Below are positions 51,821 through 62,842 of a DNA stretch of 64,000 nt, piece after piece (positions within the stretch are counted from its first letter, which is position 1; each line of letters begins with the position of its first letter). Source of the stretch: Nemertoderma westbladi (lineage: Eukaryota; Animalia; Xenacoelomorpha); assembly GCA_032718475.1 (NCBI GenBank), contig JAUCBJ010007517.1, positions 1-64,000 on the forward strand, written 5' to 3'. The notes below the pieces were generated by a model that worked only from the letters and a program-made list of their open reading frames with translations, ran no database searches and was not told the DNA's origin. The translations under genes were made by a program, and so were the position numbers.

Positions 51821-54800
51821 TCACCCTGTCCCCCCCCCCACCAATATGTTTGGTACTGGGGTTGATGTTAATATATTGGGGCCCATGCATTTATCCGCAA
51901 TAATTCCCCCCTCCCCTGGGTATATGTTATAACCTTTGGTGCTGTAGTCATACTGCTGCACTGGTACCGGTATAGGCCTATCAGCTTCTGGCCTACCTAC
52001 CGGAATGTATTCCGCGACTTCCGGGTCTAATCCCGTTGTCCGCGCTATCCTATCGCCTACGGTGCTCCTGTCAGCATGGCCTACGGTATGTGCAGTAAGG
52101 CCTGCAGTATGTCCTACAGTCTGTATGTGCTCGGAATCGAAGTTTATTCTTCTCGAATAGTCCTCCCCGCGGCTACCGTATTCTCGATCGGTAGGTACAT
52201 CCCGACGGAAAGTTTCCCTTCGACCCCCTCTGCTGCTCTCTTCTTCGCGTCGGTACGTCACGTACCTCTCTCTCGGCGCGTAGTGCGCCTCGTCGGGTCG
52301 CGTCTCTCCGGGACGACGGCAATCTCCCGTAGTTCGACCCCACCGACTCTCTTCTTCCATCTCAATCACCGACGGCTCACTATCCGTCCTCACTCTTCTA
52401 TCGTTCGCGGCGATGCTTCTCCTATCATCTTCTCCTCTTCTTCCCTCAGTGCAGTATTCCCGCTCGTGAGATCTCTCGTTGACCTCCCGGTTAAACTCCA
52501 CTGTTCTTCTTCTCTCTTCTGATCGGGCTTGACACTCCGTCCGCCCTCTCGCGGCGTCAACCTGCATCTCTCTGCTCGATCGCCCGCCGCTGGGGACACT
52601 CGCGGTCCCCCTATTACTTTCCGTCGCCGTGTGTTGCGGTTTACCTACTTCGGCCCGCGCATTATCCGCCGACGCCTGTGGGACACTCTCTGCCCCCCCC
52701 CTCTCGTCACTAACTTCTCGCGGTGGGGTGCTCGTAGCCCCCCCCCACCCGCCACTTCTAACTTCGGTACCTCTTACTACACTCCTGTACCCTTCTTGTG
52801 GGGCGCTCTCCGCCCCCCCCTTCTCGCCGCTAATCTCACGTGGTGGGGCGCTCGGAGCCCCCCCCCCCCACTCGCCACATCTAACTTCACTATTTCCTAC
52901 CTCGTCTCTACACTTTTCTCCCGTCGACACAACATTTACATTGGGGCTGGGTCCGCTTACCCCCGCCCCTCTCTCCACTTCTACCTGGCCTACCAGGCCT
53001 ACTTCGGGTTGTCTCAACCCCGCCGATTCCGGCCTACTAACTACGAGGCCTACCAGGCCTACCTCGGGTTGGCCCAACCCCGCTACTTCCGCCCTACTGA
53101 CTACGTGGCCTACCAGGCTCACCCCGGGTTGACTCAACCCCGCCGTCTCCGGCCTACCCACTGCGTGGCCTACCAGGCTCACCCCGGGTTGACTCAACCC
53201 CGCCGTCTCCGGCCTACTTACTACGTGGCCTACCAGGCCCTCACCCGCCGGGCTATGTGCGTTGGACACGTCTACATTAATAATACCACTGTGATTATCC
53301 TGCGCACCAAAGCTAGAAACAATATGTTGCGTTATAACAGTATTCGGATTATTTTGTAAAATCGAATTCGGGTTATTATTTAAATTATTTGGATCATTTT
53401 GTGAAATCGAATTCGGATTATTACTTAAATTATTTGGACTATTCTGTATAACTACATCACTAGAATTACTCTGTACGTCAATATTAGAACCGTTCTGATT
53501 TAAAATAATATTATTACTATTAGGTAACGTATTTCCTGCAATAAAAATTTGGTTAGAGTCGTCCAATACAGTATTATTAATATTAGCGTTATCTACTGTA
53601 TTAGTGTTATTACCCCCCCCCGCTCGTACGATCACACCAGTTTCGTGTCCGTAGTGTGGTCCCTGTCAGTGGAGTATTAATAAACGTATCCACGGCCCCC
53701 GGCTCCTCTGAAATGTTCGAGCCTGCCCCTCTCTCAGACACTCCTGCCCGCGCCCGTTCCACCTCGCGCGCGTGTACAGCCGTATACTCTACGAATTTGT
53801 CTCGCTGTTTCTCTAACTCTATTCGGCCACTCTCCACTCTTGTTACTTTCTCCTTTGACTCTCGTTTTTCCTGCTCGATCAATTCCAGCTCTCTCCTAAT
53901 CCCCTCTCTTCTTCTCGCCTTACGCTCTTTGCGTTCACTTTCCTCTCTCGCCTCACGTTTCTCGCGTTCACTTTCCTCTCTCGCCTCTCGTTTCTCGCGT
54001 TCCGCCTCGCGTTTCTCCTCGCGTTCCCTTCGTTCCCTTCTCTCTCTCGCCTCGCGTTCCTCGCGTTCTCTCTCGCGTTCCGCCTCGCGTTTCTCGCGTT
54101 CTGCTTCGCGTTTCTCGCGTTCTGCCTCGCGTTCTCTCTCGCGTTCCCTCTCTTCCCTCAACTCTATCTCCTCACACTCCCTAAGGTTCCTCGCGGCCCT
54201 TTCGCCCCTCTCCCTCAACTCTTTAATCGACACCGTTTCCCTCTCTAGCATCACTCTCCCCTCCTCTAGCCGTCTACCTAGTTCTCTATTCGCCTCTACC
54301 ACTACATTGAAACGGTGTCTAGCCTCTATCTCTCTCACCCGTCTTTCTTTTTCGGAGGATGTAACAGACTTATCGGTTGCGACGGATTCCCTCCGCCTTC
54401 CCGACCCGCTGGCTCTCCCCCCCTTTCCGGAACTCCCTCCGACCGACGAGACCGAACCCGCGGGGTCAACCTCGGGTTCGCCCTCCTCTGGTCTGTTCCA
54501 ACCTACTGTCTTTATACCCCGGGCATCGATTAAGTATGGCCCTAAGTACACTACCCTAGGTTCTATACTCCCATACCGCCATGAGTCATACAGTTCCTCG
54601 GCGACCCAAGTCGCTCTCTCCTCGGCCAATCCTCTCTGCCCGAAGCGCACTAGATAATATAAATGTCTATTCGACTCACCTAGTCCTAGGTTCAGTTTTA
54701 CCTCGTCTATCCTCTTCCCTTCTCTGGCCTCCTTTATCAGTCTCCGGGTCGCGTTGTAGGCCCGTCGAAGTCGCTCGGAAACCCCGACGTCCTCGTCGCC

Positions 54801-55250
54801 GACCCCTCGTCCGTCTCTCCGGGTTCGACGTCGTACCGGCGGCCCCACCGTCGCCGTTCCGGTGGGCCGTGCGTCGCCCTCGGCCTGCGGTTGGCCGGCG
54901 ACATCGGTGTCGACATCCCCGTCGTCTCTCCGGGTCCGGCGTCGTACCGTCGGCCCCACCGTCGCCGTCTCGGTGGGCCGTTCGTCGCCCTCGGCCTGTG
55001 GCTGGCCCGCGACGTCGGTATCGACATCCCCGCTGTGTGTCGACTCGTCTCTCTCTTCCTCGAGCCCGATCTCTCTATCCTCCGGCTCGATCTCTGGTTC
55101 CAGGCGGTCCCCCTCTACTCGAATCCCCGGTTCGCCCGGTACGGATGGCTCCGGTGTCGTGGGCGTATATCGCCTGGTCGCGGCCTCGCGGATCGTTAGA
55201 TCGTCGTCGTCCGGGGTCCGCGTGGGTGTCACTTCACCCGTCTCGCTCAT
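51821..55250 (-). pseudogene. Long low-complexity N-terminal gag region of family B in two frames
   Basis: ORFs 53610-55250 (E/R coiled coil) and 51821-53635; the frame changes occur near G homopolymers. Confidence 0.65.
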
Positions 55251-56800
55251 CTTTTGTCTGTTGGTGGCTGGTGGTATCTGAGTCTATTAGGCTAGGGCAG
55301 CAGTTGTTATTTAGTTACTGTGACGGGATCATCCGGAGATGAACCCGATTTATCCTGTTTTAGTTCACGCGTCCCCGCCGTGTGAAAGAGTGTAAGTTGA
55401 GGTTACTGTTGTTCGTTATATTGTGATCTTGAGACGTGATATAGATATAGATATAGATTGATGTTATACACTGACGTTCACAGGTTGACGGGATGACGGT
55501 AACTAAAATCCCGGTACTTCCCTAATTGTAACTTACTGTACCACCAGTAACACTGAGATAACTGAGGTAATATGATTACTGCTTACTGGTTATATCGCAC
55601 GGTGGCCTTATTGCTACTCAATCGGTGCCAGCCCCCCTCTGATTGGTTGCTACCCTTGTTGGCGCCCTTTGAGGTGTTCCCGTTCACCCCAGCTATTCTC
55701 TCCCTTGTCAGGATACTAACCCCTGACCCTTATTGTGTGCTTCTCCTTCCCATTCTGTTGGGGAGACACGAGTTGGTTTGGGACCTAATCTCGTGTCCCC
55801 CAATATTGCTTATTGGCTTAACTTTGTGGAGTATTGGCGGGATTGATTCGCTAACAGGAAAATACCACCGCCTGACGACCTATAGCCGTATCGCTATAGG
55901 TACTACGTTATGTATCACGGAGTGTTCCTACCTAGAAGTTAATTACCGCGGACTACCAGATCCAACGTGCCTATTAACCACTTTACAACACAATACACTG
56001 CCTACACACCAATTACTTTCGGAAAGCACTGTACACTAAACCCTAAATTAGGTACAAGTACTTATTAAAAACAAATAACCAGCAGTTAAATATACTTGAA
56101 CAGTTAAAAGAACCACGGCATCTGCTGGAGTGACCGGTGCACAAAATCACCAGTCTTTGCCTACGCCAAGCAGCCCGTGTAGTACCGGGGTTAATTTAAC
56201 TATAACGGTATGTGTAACAAGCACAATTACTGTAGGAATAAACTTGGGGACATGAATGTTGCGAATAATCGCATAAACTCTGAATAATAAATATTACGCT
56301 ACCCGTACAGAATACTCAAACAAAATACAAACCAAACGCTGGCAGACTACCACCAAGCCTAAATAAACTACAGTATGTGCAGTGTTCGCGGTATTTCAAC
56401 TTTCCATAACGCGAGTTGAATATTTTTGTATTTATTTAAAATTGATTATTCCGATATTACTACTGGGTGCGGGACCATGGGTTTTGGGCACATTCAAGAA
56501 ACTGGGGGCGATTTATGGGCGAACTTTGGGGCAACTTACAGGGTACGGGAATAATTTCATAGTTATAAGGGCCAGGGGGGATGGAAAATGCAAGCAGTAT
56601 TCAGGTTAGCCTGAGTACTATTAGGCCCTGGCCAACTTCCTGCTGCCTGTAGGGGTGGATTTGGTAATGCGCCAGGCCTAAAGGACAAGGACTGCCCTTA
56701 GCGGTCCCTGGCCAACAGCAGCCATTACGAGACTGAAAAGAACTCGGACCGCTGACTGCTTGTGTCAGGGATTTGCGACGGGCACCGACGGCCCCTTAGT

Positions 56801-57592
56801 AGCCAAGCCGTTCTGGTTCTCGATGATCGTTCCCTTCGGGGTTCGTGAGGGGTGGAGCGGACACGCGAACGGGTGGCCAACTAACAACTGCCCCCTGACC
56901 TAAGCCGTACTGGTTCTCGATGACCGATCCCTTCGGGGTTCGTGAGGGGTGGGACGGACATGCGAAAGGGCTGGCCACAGGACGGGTTTGACGAGAACTG
57001 CCCTTAGCGCTCTCTGGTCAACGGCAGCTACTACGAGACTGAAAAGAACTTGGAACGCTGACTGCTTGTACTGGGATTTGCGACGGGAACCGACGACAGA
57101 CCCCTTAGCCAAGCCGTACTGGTTCTCGATGATCGTTCCCTTCGGGGTTCGTGAGGGGTGGAACGGACACGCGATGGGGTCGAAAGACAAAGGACTAGAC
57201 TCGACTAGACTCTACTGGCCTACCGACTGTTCGGAGCAGTTTCTCGGCTGCCGAAGCGACTACGAGCCTGAAACGGACTCGGAAAGCCTAGGTGGTTGGG
57301 TTTCTGTGATGAACTGACGGACCCCTAGCCAAGCCATTCTGGTTCTCGATGATCGAACCCTTCGGGGTTCGTGAGGGGTGGAACGGACACGCGAACGGGT
57401 CCACCGACACGACAGACTCCTAGCCAAGCCGTACTGGTTCTCGATGACCGAACCCTTCGGGGTTCGAGAGGGGTGGTACGGATACGCGACAGAGTCTACC
57501 GACTGGACCGACCCTTAGCCAAGCCGTGCTGGTTCTCGATGATCGTTCCCGTCGGGGTTCGTGAGGGGTGGAACGGACACGCGACAGGGTCG
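56801..57592 (+). ncRNA. Six structured repeats with a predicted kink-turn and UUCG hairpin in the family C LTR (four retained at about 62880-63375)
   Basis: Conserved AAGCCG...CTCGATGAYCG..CCCTTCGGGGTTCGWGAGGGG...CGGACACGCGA core with covarying closing stems. Confidence 0.7.
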
Positions 57593-58244
57593 ACCGACAC
57601 CGACACTACGGCACTAAGACTGGGACCGAGGGAAAATCTGGGGAACATTAGGTAGGCTAAAATTCTGAGCAAACAGTGGGTTATTAAATAATATACTGTA
57701 GGGATTTATATTATCGTGTATAATTATTGTGAATATTTGGTGTATATTGATTTGGGGAAGCCCAAAATTATTCTTAATCAAGTTTCAATGATGTTGAACG
57801 GGTTTCAACTATAGGAAGTTACATTAAAGAGTATATCCAACTAATGCAGCTTTTTATCAACCGCAAACTTGCATCTCAGAAAATATTCCCTCCCCACAAT
57901 CAATATCCGGTGACTGGCCGGGGCTCGGTGGTCTGTTAAGTCACGTCTCCAGCATCGGCGTTTTTCCCCCCTGGTGTAGGGATAACGGCAACAAAATTAA
58001 GAATAATTCACGTGGTTAATTTTGACAGGGTGTCAAAATTAAGAATAATTACGGTCAACTTCAACTGGTGGAAGTTGAGAATCCTTCAATACTCTTCAAA
58101 AACTCTCTACGTGCTTGCCAGCACCCACTACGAGGAAACTCTGGTATTTGAGTTGAGACAAAGTCGTGGTTTAATTAATCAGCAAACTCGATCTAACCAA
58201 CTCGTAGTCGGCAGATCACATATTTGGAGAGTTGTTAACAGGGA

Positions 58245-58436
58245 ATGGAAGTATCGATCACACCCATTGATATAATTCAAGTTGAGCCAGGAATCTGGCA
58301 CGTCGAAGTTGAGGTACAAGGAACGAACGTTGGACGATTCAGGATTACTGTTCGGGTGGTCCAAGCTGAGTACAATACCTACGAGGAACTGTTTTACGAC
58401 ATCGCGTATCTAGCCATCGACGAGGCGTTACAATGA
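58245..58436 (+). CDS. 63-aa upstream ORF overlapping the gag start by ATGA
   Basis: ATG start, protein-like composition, TGA at 58434-58436 overlapping ATG at 58433. Confidence 0.4.
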   Translation: MEVSITPIDIIQVEPGIWHVEVEVQGTNVGRFRITVRVVQAEYNTYEELFYDIAYLAIDEALQ

Positions 58437-61400
58437 CAACAAATAACGTATCCGATACCGACGAGATGGATCACCACACAGACTCGGAAGCCGACGAGGT
58501 ACCAAACGTCAAGAACATGACCCGTCGGTTAGGGGCTCTTAAAGGCGGAGTAACCCGAGCGTATCAACGGATGGAGAAACAACTCAAAGGAGTCAAAACC
58601 CCCCTCAATGAGGTACAAACTCAGCTTCAAAGTATCCGAAATATCCTACAGCGGTACGAAAGAATGATACAGGCGTACCAAGAGCTCATTCCCCCCACCG
58701 ATCAGGAAAACTACCCCAAGTTGGAAGAACACGTTGTACATCTAGATGGGTTCCGCAAACAACACAGGAGGACTCTCAGCCTTGTGAGAGGCTATGAGGA
58801 ACAGTATTACAAGAGGGCTGACGCGGAATCAGTACGATCCTCCAGCATCAGGACAGCAGTACATCGTAAGAGAACGGGGTCCGCTAGAAATCAGCACTCC
58901 AGCGCTAGGAGCGAGATATCCGGCTCGGCGCGCAGTTCTCAAGGGGCGCCGCCACTCCGAGACCAACTGCGAGAACGGAAGGCATTAGCCCTCAAAGCTC
59001 GGATGGAAGATGAGTATATTCAACTGCAAGCCGAGCAAGATGTATTAGCCGCCGAAACACAAAAGCGAGAGGCCGAACAAGCGGCCGAACGGCAGGCCGA
59101 ACAACGCGAACAGGAGGCCGAACAACATAGACGAGAAGCCGAACGGCAGGCCGAACAACGTGAACAGGAGGCCGAACAACATAGACGAGAGGCCGAACGA
59201 CAGGCCGAACAACGCAAACAGGAGGCCGAACAACGTGGACGAGAGGCCGAACGAGAGATCGAACAATGTAAATGGGAAGCGGAAATGCGTAAACAACACG
59301 CCGAGGCCCAAGCAATTCTTATCCACAAAAAGAATGCGGATATTGCAAAATTCGCAGAATACGAAGCCGCACTTATAGAACGAGATATTCAACTCTACGA
59401 GGACTGGGAAAGGGATATAGATCAGGAATATGAACCAATTCCGGTACCGGAGTTAGAAAAGTCATTTACACCAACAGCGGCGAAACCTCCGAAACCCGAG
59501 ATCCCGCCTACCAAACAGTCTACGCTATCGGCACAAGCCCCGGTGTTCCATCCCCCACCAGCTACGCTAAAGAATGAGGAACCTTATTTCCCATCCAACA
59601 CCACGACAGCGAGTGTACCCAAGTACGAGCCTGAAAGGGACTCGGAACGGGACGCCACTCCCCGATCTAACAACCCATTTACATCCACACCACAAACTCG
59701 TAGCCGTGTCATTATTAAAACTCCACCTATTATTGATCCATCAAGTATGGGAGTGAGTGCCAATAACTATAACCCTCCGAGTCACTCTAGTTCAGACGAC
59801 GTCAGCATCATCCGGGCGTTGGAGAACCGCCTTGCCATGCCTAAGATGGAGATTCGCACCTTCGAAGGAGATCCGGTCGATTACCTCAGATTCAAGAAAC
59901 GGTTCTTTGCACAGATCGGATCAACGGACATAGCCGACGCACAGAAATTGGTATATTTATCGCAATACCTGGGTGACAAACCACGCAGAATTGTTGCATG
60001 TTTTGAAGGAGGTTCTCATGAGGCATACTATGACGCATGGAAAACTCTAGATAAAAGATACGGAAATACCGGAACTATAATTAATAAAACTCTAGAGAGA
60101 CTGATACAGGACGCGGGATCACTAGGGGACCCACAGAACATACAGGAATTCTCCGACTCTATGAAGGATGCCTACTATACTCTGAAACCCTTAAATAAAG
60201 AGGACCAAGTGAACAACATTCTAAACCTCCGACAGATTGCCAAGAAGTTCCCCGGATGGCTACAAAGTAAGTGGGCTTATAAATGTGTAGATCTCCGGCG
60301 CAGACATCCAGATCGAGATCCTAGCTTCCTTGAAATGTCGGCATTCCTGGACGATATCTCCGAAGCCATGAATGAATCGATGTTTTCAAAACAAAGTCTC
60401 GCAAAGTTGGACGGAATAGAGAGCAACTCCAGGAGTAAGATAACCCCTCCGAAACCGAGATTCCGCCCCCCACCGGTAAGTACGATGGCCATTACCATGG
60501 CCGAGGATTCCGACGACGAAGACTACGAGGAACCGACATCCGCCGAGGAATGGGCATGTTATCTCGCGAGTTGGGCACCCGAAAGGGAAGGCATCACAAA
60601 TTCCCTGCTCTGTCTCTTCTGTGGGGAGAAACACAAAGTGGAATTCTGCAGAAAGTTTCAGTTCGCCGAACTCGTCCCACGCTTCGAGGCGATAATGAAA
60701 CACCGAGGATGCTTCCGGTGTCTTGGAACAGGTCACTATGTTCGGGAGTGCGACCAAAGATCATGCTGTACTGTCTGTAACGACCAACGCCATCACACGC
60801 TCCTCCACATCCCCGCGAACTTCGATTTTACTACCCTCCCCTTTCGGATCGAAGCCAGGCGAAGAGGAGAAACAAACCACATCTTCAAAGGAACCCGGAC
60901 AACCCAACGGAGAGAAACCAACCCGTTTAAAATCTCCACCGATACACCACAAGTAACCAATATTTCGGCCACGATTAATCTTATAAATCGCCGCTACATG
61001 GTTTTCGCAAAGGTAATCCCAGTAAGGATCCAAGGAGTGGGCAAATCTTTGACGACACTCGCGTTCCTCGATAACGGGTCTGACGGAACCATCATCGACC
61101 GGGATTTCCTCGAGCAACTCGGCCTAGAATATGAACCTTGCAAACGGCCCATACAAACCATCACCGATAACAGAGAGGTAGAGTCCGGGGAGGTACAACT
61201 CCAGATGGAAGGAGTGATGAAGGGCTACGAAATGGCTAAGTTAACCATCAAGAACGCCTTGGTACACACAGACCTCCGGGTGCGGTTCCGACAATCAGCC
61301 GAGTACGCCCCCCTCATACAATTAGACCGAGACGATGTAGACCTGAGGTGTCCGCAGTTGGACGTGAACCGTATCACCCTACTGATTGGACTTGATACAC

Positions 61401-62842
61401 CGGAACTACACATCCCCACCAGAGATATCGCTCGATCTATAAACCAGGATGATGGATTCTATGCTGAACGAACAATAATGGGATGGACACTCTGCGGCAT
61501 TAAGGAGGAAACTACGGACACCTATACCTACCTTCCTAAATGTCAGATTAAAGAGAATGTAACCTCTGTGGGTTATTGCTCAGCTTCAGATCTTGACGAG
61601 GATTTGTTTCTGGAAACCGAGAAAACCCAACGAGAGATGACGAAATATTTTAATTTGGAGACCCAGGAGTTCGCGGAAAAGGACGAAAACCCATCCGAAG
61701 AGGACCAATATTGTATGGACGTTCTCGACCAGGCCACGTTTAAAGACGGACATTGGTGTTCACCTATGTTATGGAAGGATCCAAACAAACCAATGGCAAA
61801 CAACGCCAGCATGGCACTTAGGCGACTTAAAGGGATTCTACGCCGGCTGAATGACCAACCCGAGATAAAGGAGAAATATAATACCGTAATCCAAGGATAT
61901 CTCGATGATGGATTAGCAGAAATGGTACCACGGAATGAACTGCAAGGTGGTGAAAGAACATATTATCTCCCAACCCACTATGTAGTAGAAGCCCGCAAAG
62001 GTGGGAAAATCCGAGTGGTAAATGATGCTGCCGCTATGTACCAGGGCGAATCCCTAAACAGTCAACTTTACACGGGGCCCAACATATATAGCACACTCAT
62101 TGGCGTATTGATCAGGTTCAGGGAAAACCGGGTAGCATTCACCTGTGACATCAAGGCCATGTTTCATCAAGTTCGTACGTTACCAAGAGACTCGGACTGT
62201 CTACGTATCCTATGGACGGATAAAACACTTACTCAACAGGAGATTAGCCAACTCACGATAAAGGACGTAGACGTAATGCGTATGGTCGTCAGGATCTTCG
62301 GCGCTAAGGACTCGCCGGTAGCATGCAGTGACATGCTAAAGAGGACGGCAACTATGTGCGAAAACGAGTTCCCTCCAACTGTCATAGAAACAATTCGACG
62401 ATGCTTCTACGTGGACGACGGATGCGCCGGCGCGGATAATGTGGATGAGGCATATCGGCTAGCAATGGGGATGGTAGAATGTCTAAAGAAAGGAGGGTTT
62501 CCGCTCGTGAAGTTCAGATCCCACGACAAAACACTTATGGAAAAGTTTCCGGAGGACATCCGGCTGGAAAATAACAAAATGTATTCGGAGGATGTGGAAC
62601 ATCGTGTACTTGGGATTGAATGGGACATAGAATCAGACGAATTCATCTTCAAGTATAAACCCCTACCCAAGCCTATGACAAAAAGGGGATGTTTGTCGAT
62701 AAAAAGCGCCATCTTCGACCCACTAAATTTCATATCTCCAGTAACCTTGGCCGGAATGAACCTGATTAAGGAAATGTGGATAGAAGGACTGGGATGGGAC
62801 GAAGAGCTCCCCCCATACCTCAGCGTCAAATTGAGAAAATGA
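58433..62842 (+). CDS. gag-pol: Family C gag-PR-RT polyprotein truncated before the RNase H core and integrase
   Basis: TFEGDPVDY, three knuckles, FLDNGS, YVDD; fused directly into the 3' LTR. Confidence 0.95.
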   Translation: MTTNNVSDTDEMDHHTDSEADEVPNVKNMTRRLGALKGGVTRAYQRMEKQLKGVKTPLNEVQTQLQSIRNILQRYERMIQAYQELIPPTDQENYPKLEEHVVHLDGFRKQHRRTLSLVRGYEEQYYKRADAESVRSSSIRTAVHRKRTGSARNQHSSARSEISGSARSSQGAPPLRDQLRERKALALKARMEDEYIQLQAEQDVLAAETQKREAEQAAERQAEQREQEAEQHRREAERQAEQREQEAEQHRREAERQAEQRKQEAEQRGREAEREIEQCKWEAEMRKQHAEAQAILIHKKNADIAKFAEYEAALIERDIQLYEDWERDIDQEYEPIPVPELEKSFTPTAAKPPKPEIPPTKQSTLSAQAPVFHPPPATLKNEEPYFPSNTTTASVPKYEPERDSERDATPRSNNPFTSTPQTRSRVIIKTPPIIDPSSMGVSANNYNPPSHSSSDDVSIIRALENRLAMPKMEIRTFEGDPVDYLRFKKRFFAQIGSTDIADAQKLVYLSQYLGDKPRRIVACFEGGSHEAYYDAWKTLDKRYGNTGTIINKTLERLIQDAGSLGDPQNIQEFSDSMKDAYYTLKPLNKEDQVNNILNLRQIAKKFPGWLQSKWAYKCVDLRRRHPDRDPSFLEMSAFLDDISEAMNESMFSKQSLAKLDGIESNSRSKITPPKPRFRPPPVSTMAITMAEDSDDEDYEEPTSAEEWACYLASWAPEREGITNSLLCLFCGEKHKVEFCRKFQFAELVPRFEAIMKHRGCFRCLGTGHYVRECDQRSCCTVCNDQRHHTLLHIPANFDFTTLPFRIEARRRGETNHIFKGTRTTQRRETNPFKISTDTPQVTNISATINLINRRYMVFAKVIPVRIQGVGKSLTTLAFLDNGSDGTIIDRDFLEQLGLEYEPCKRPIQTITDNREVESGEVQLQMEGVMKGYEMAKLTIKNALVHTDLRVRFRQSAEYAPLIQLDRDDVDLRCPQLDVNRITLLIGLDTPELHIPTRDIARSINQDDGFYAERTIMGWTLCGIKEETTDTYTYLPKCQIKENVTSVGYCSASDLDEDLFLETEKTQREMTKYFNLETQEFAEKDENPSEEDQYCMDVLDQATFKDGHWCSPMLWKDPNKPMANNASMALRRLKGILRRLNDQPEIKEKYNTVIQGYLDDGLAEMVPRNELQGGERTYYLPTHYVVEARKGGKIRVVNDAAAMYQGESLNSQLYTGPNIYSTLIGVLIRFRENRVAFTCDIKAMFHQVRTLPRDSDCLRILWTDKTLTQQEISQLTIKDVDVMRMVVRIFGAKDSPVACSDMLKRTATMCENEFPPTVIETIRRCFYVDDGCAGADNVDEAYRLAMGMVECLKKGGFPLVKFRSHDKTLMEKFPEDIRLENNKMYSEDVEHRVLGIEWDIESDEFIFKYKPLPKPMTKRGCLSIKSAIFDPLNFISPVTLAGMNLIKEMWIEGLGWDEELPPYLSVKLRK

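Larger units (their letters stand above)
47660..55856 (-). mobile_element. Bel/Pao family B, non-autonomous gag-protease element
   Basis: 538-bp LTRs (47660-48197 and 55319-55856), TG...CA ends, TSD GGAAA, PPT GGGGGGGAG (48198-48206); the empty site is visible in copy 1 at about 19678. Confidence 0.95.

Noticed and set aside
52076-55342. Long plus-strand ORFs antisense to family B gag
   Set aside because: Shadow frames of GC-rich, low-complexity sequence.
56801-57592. CRISPR array, SECIS elements or a known ribozyme
   Set aside because: Eukaryotic LTR context with no cas genes; the upper stem is short with UUCG rather than an AAR loop; no hammerhead, HDV or twister core recognised.
58012-58030. 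TGG downstream of the family C LTR as a tRNA PBS
   Set aside because: It lies about 19 nt from the LTR edge and does not resemble a tRNA 3' complement that I recognise.
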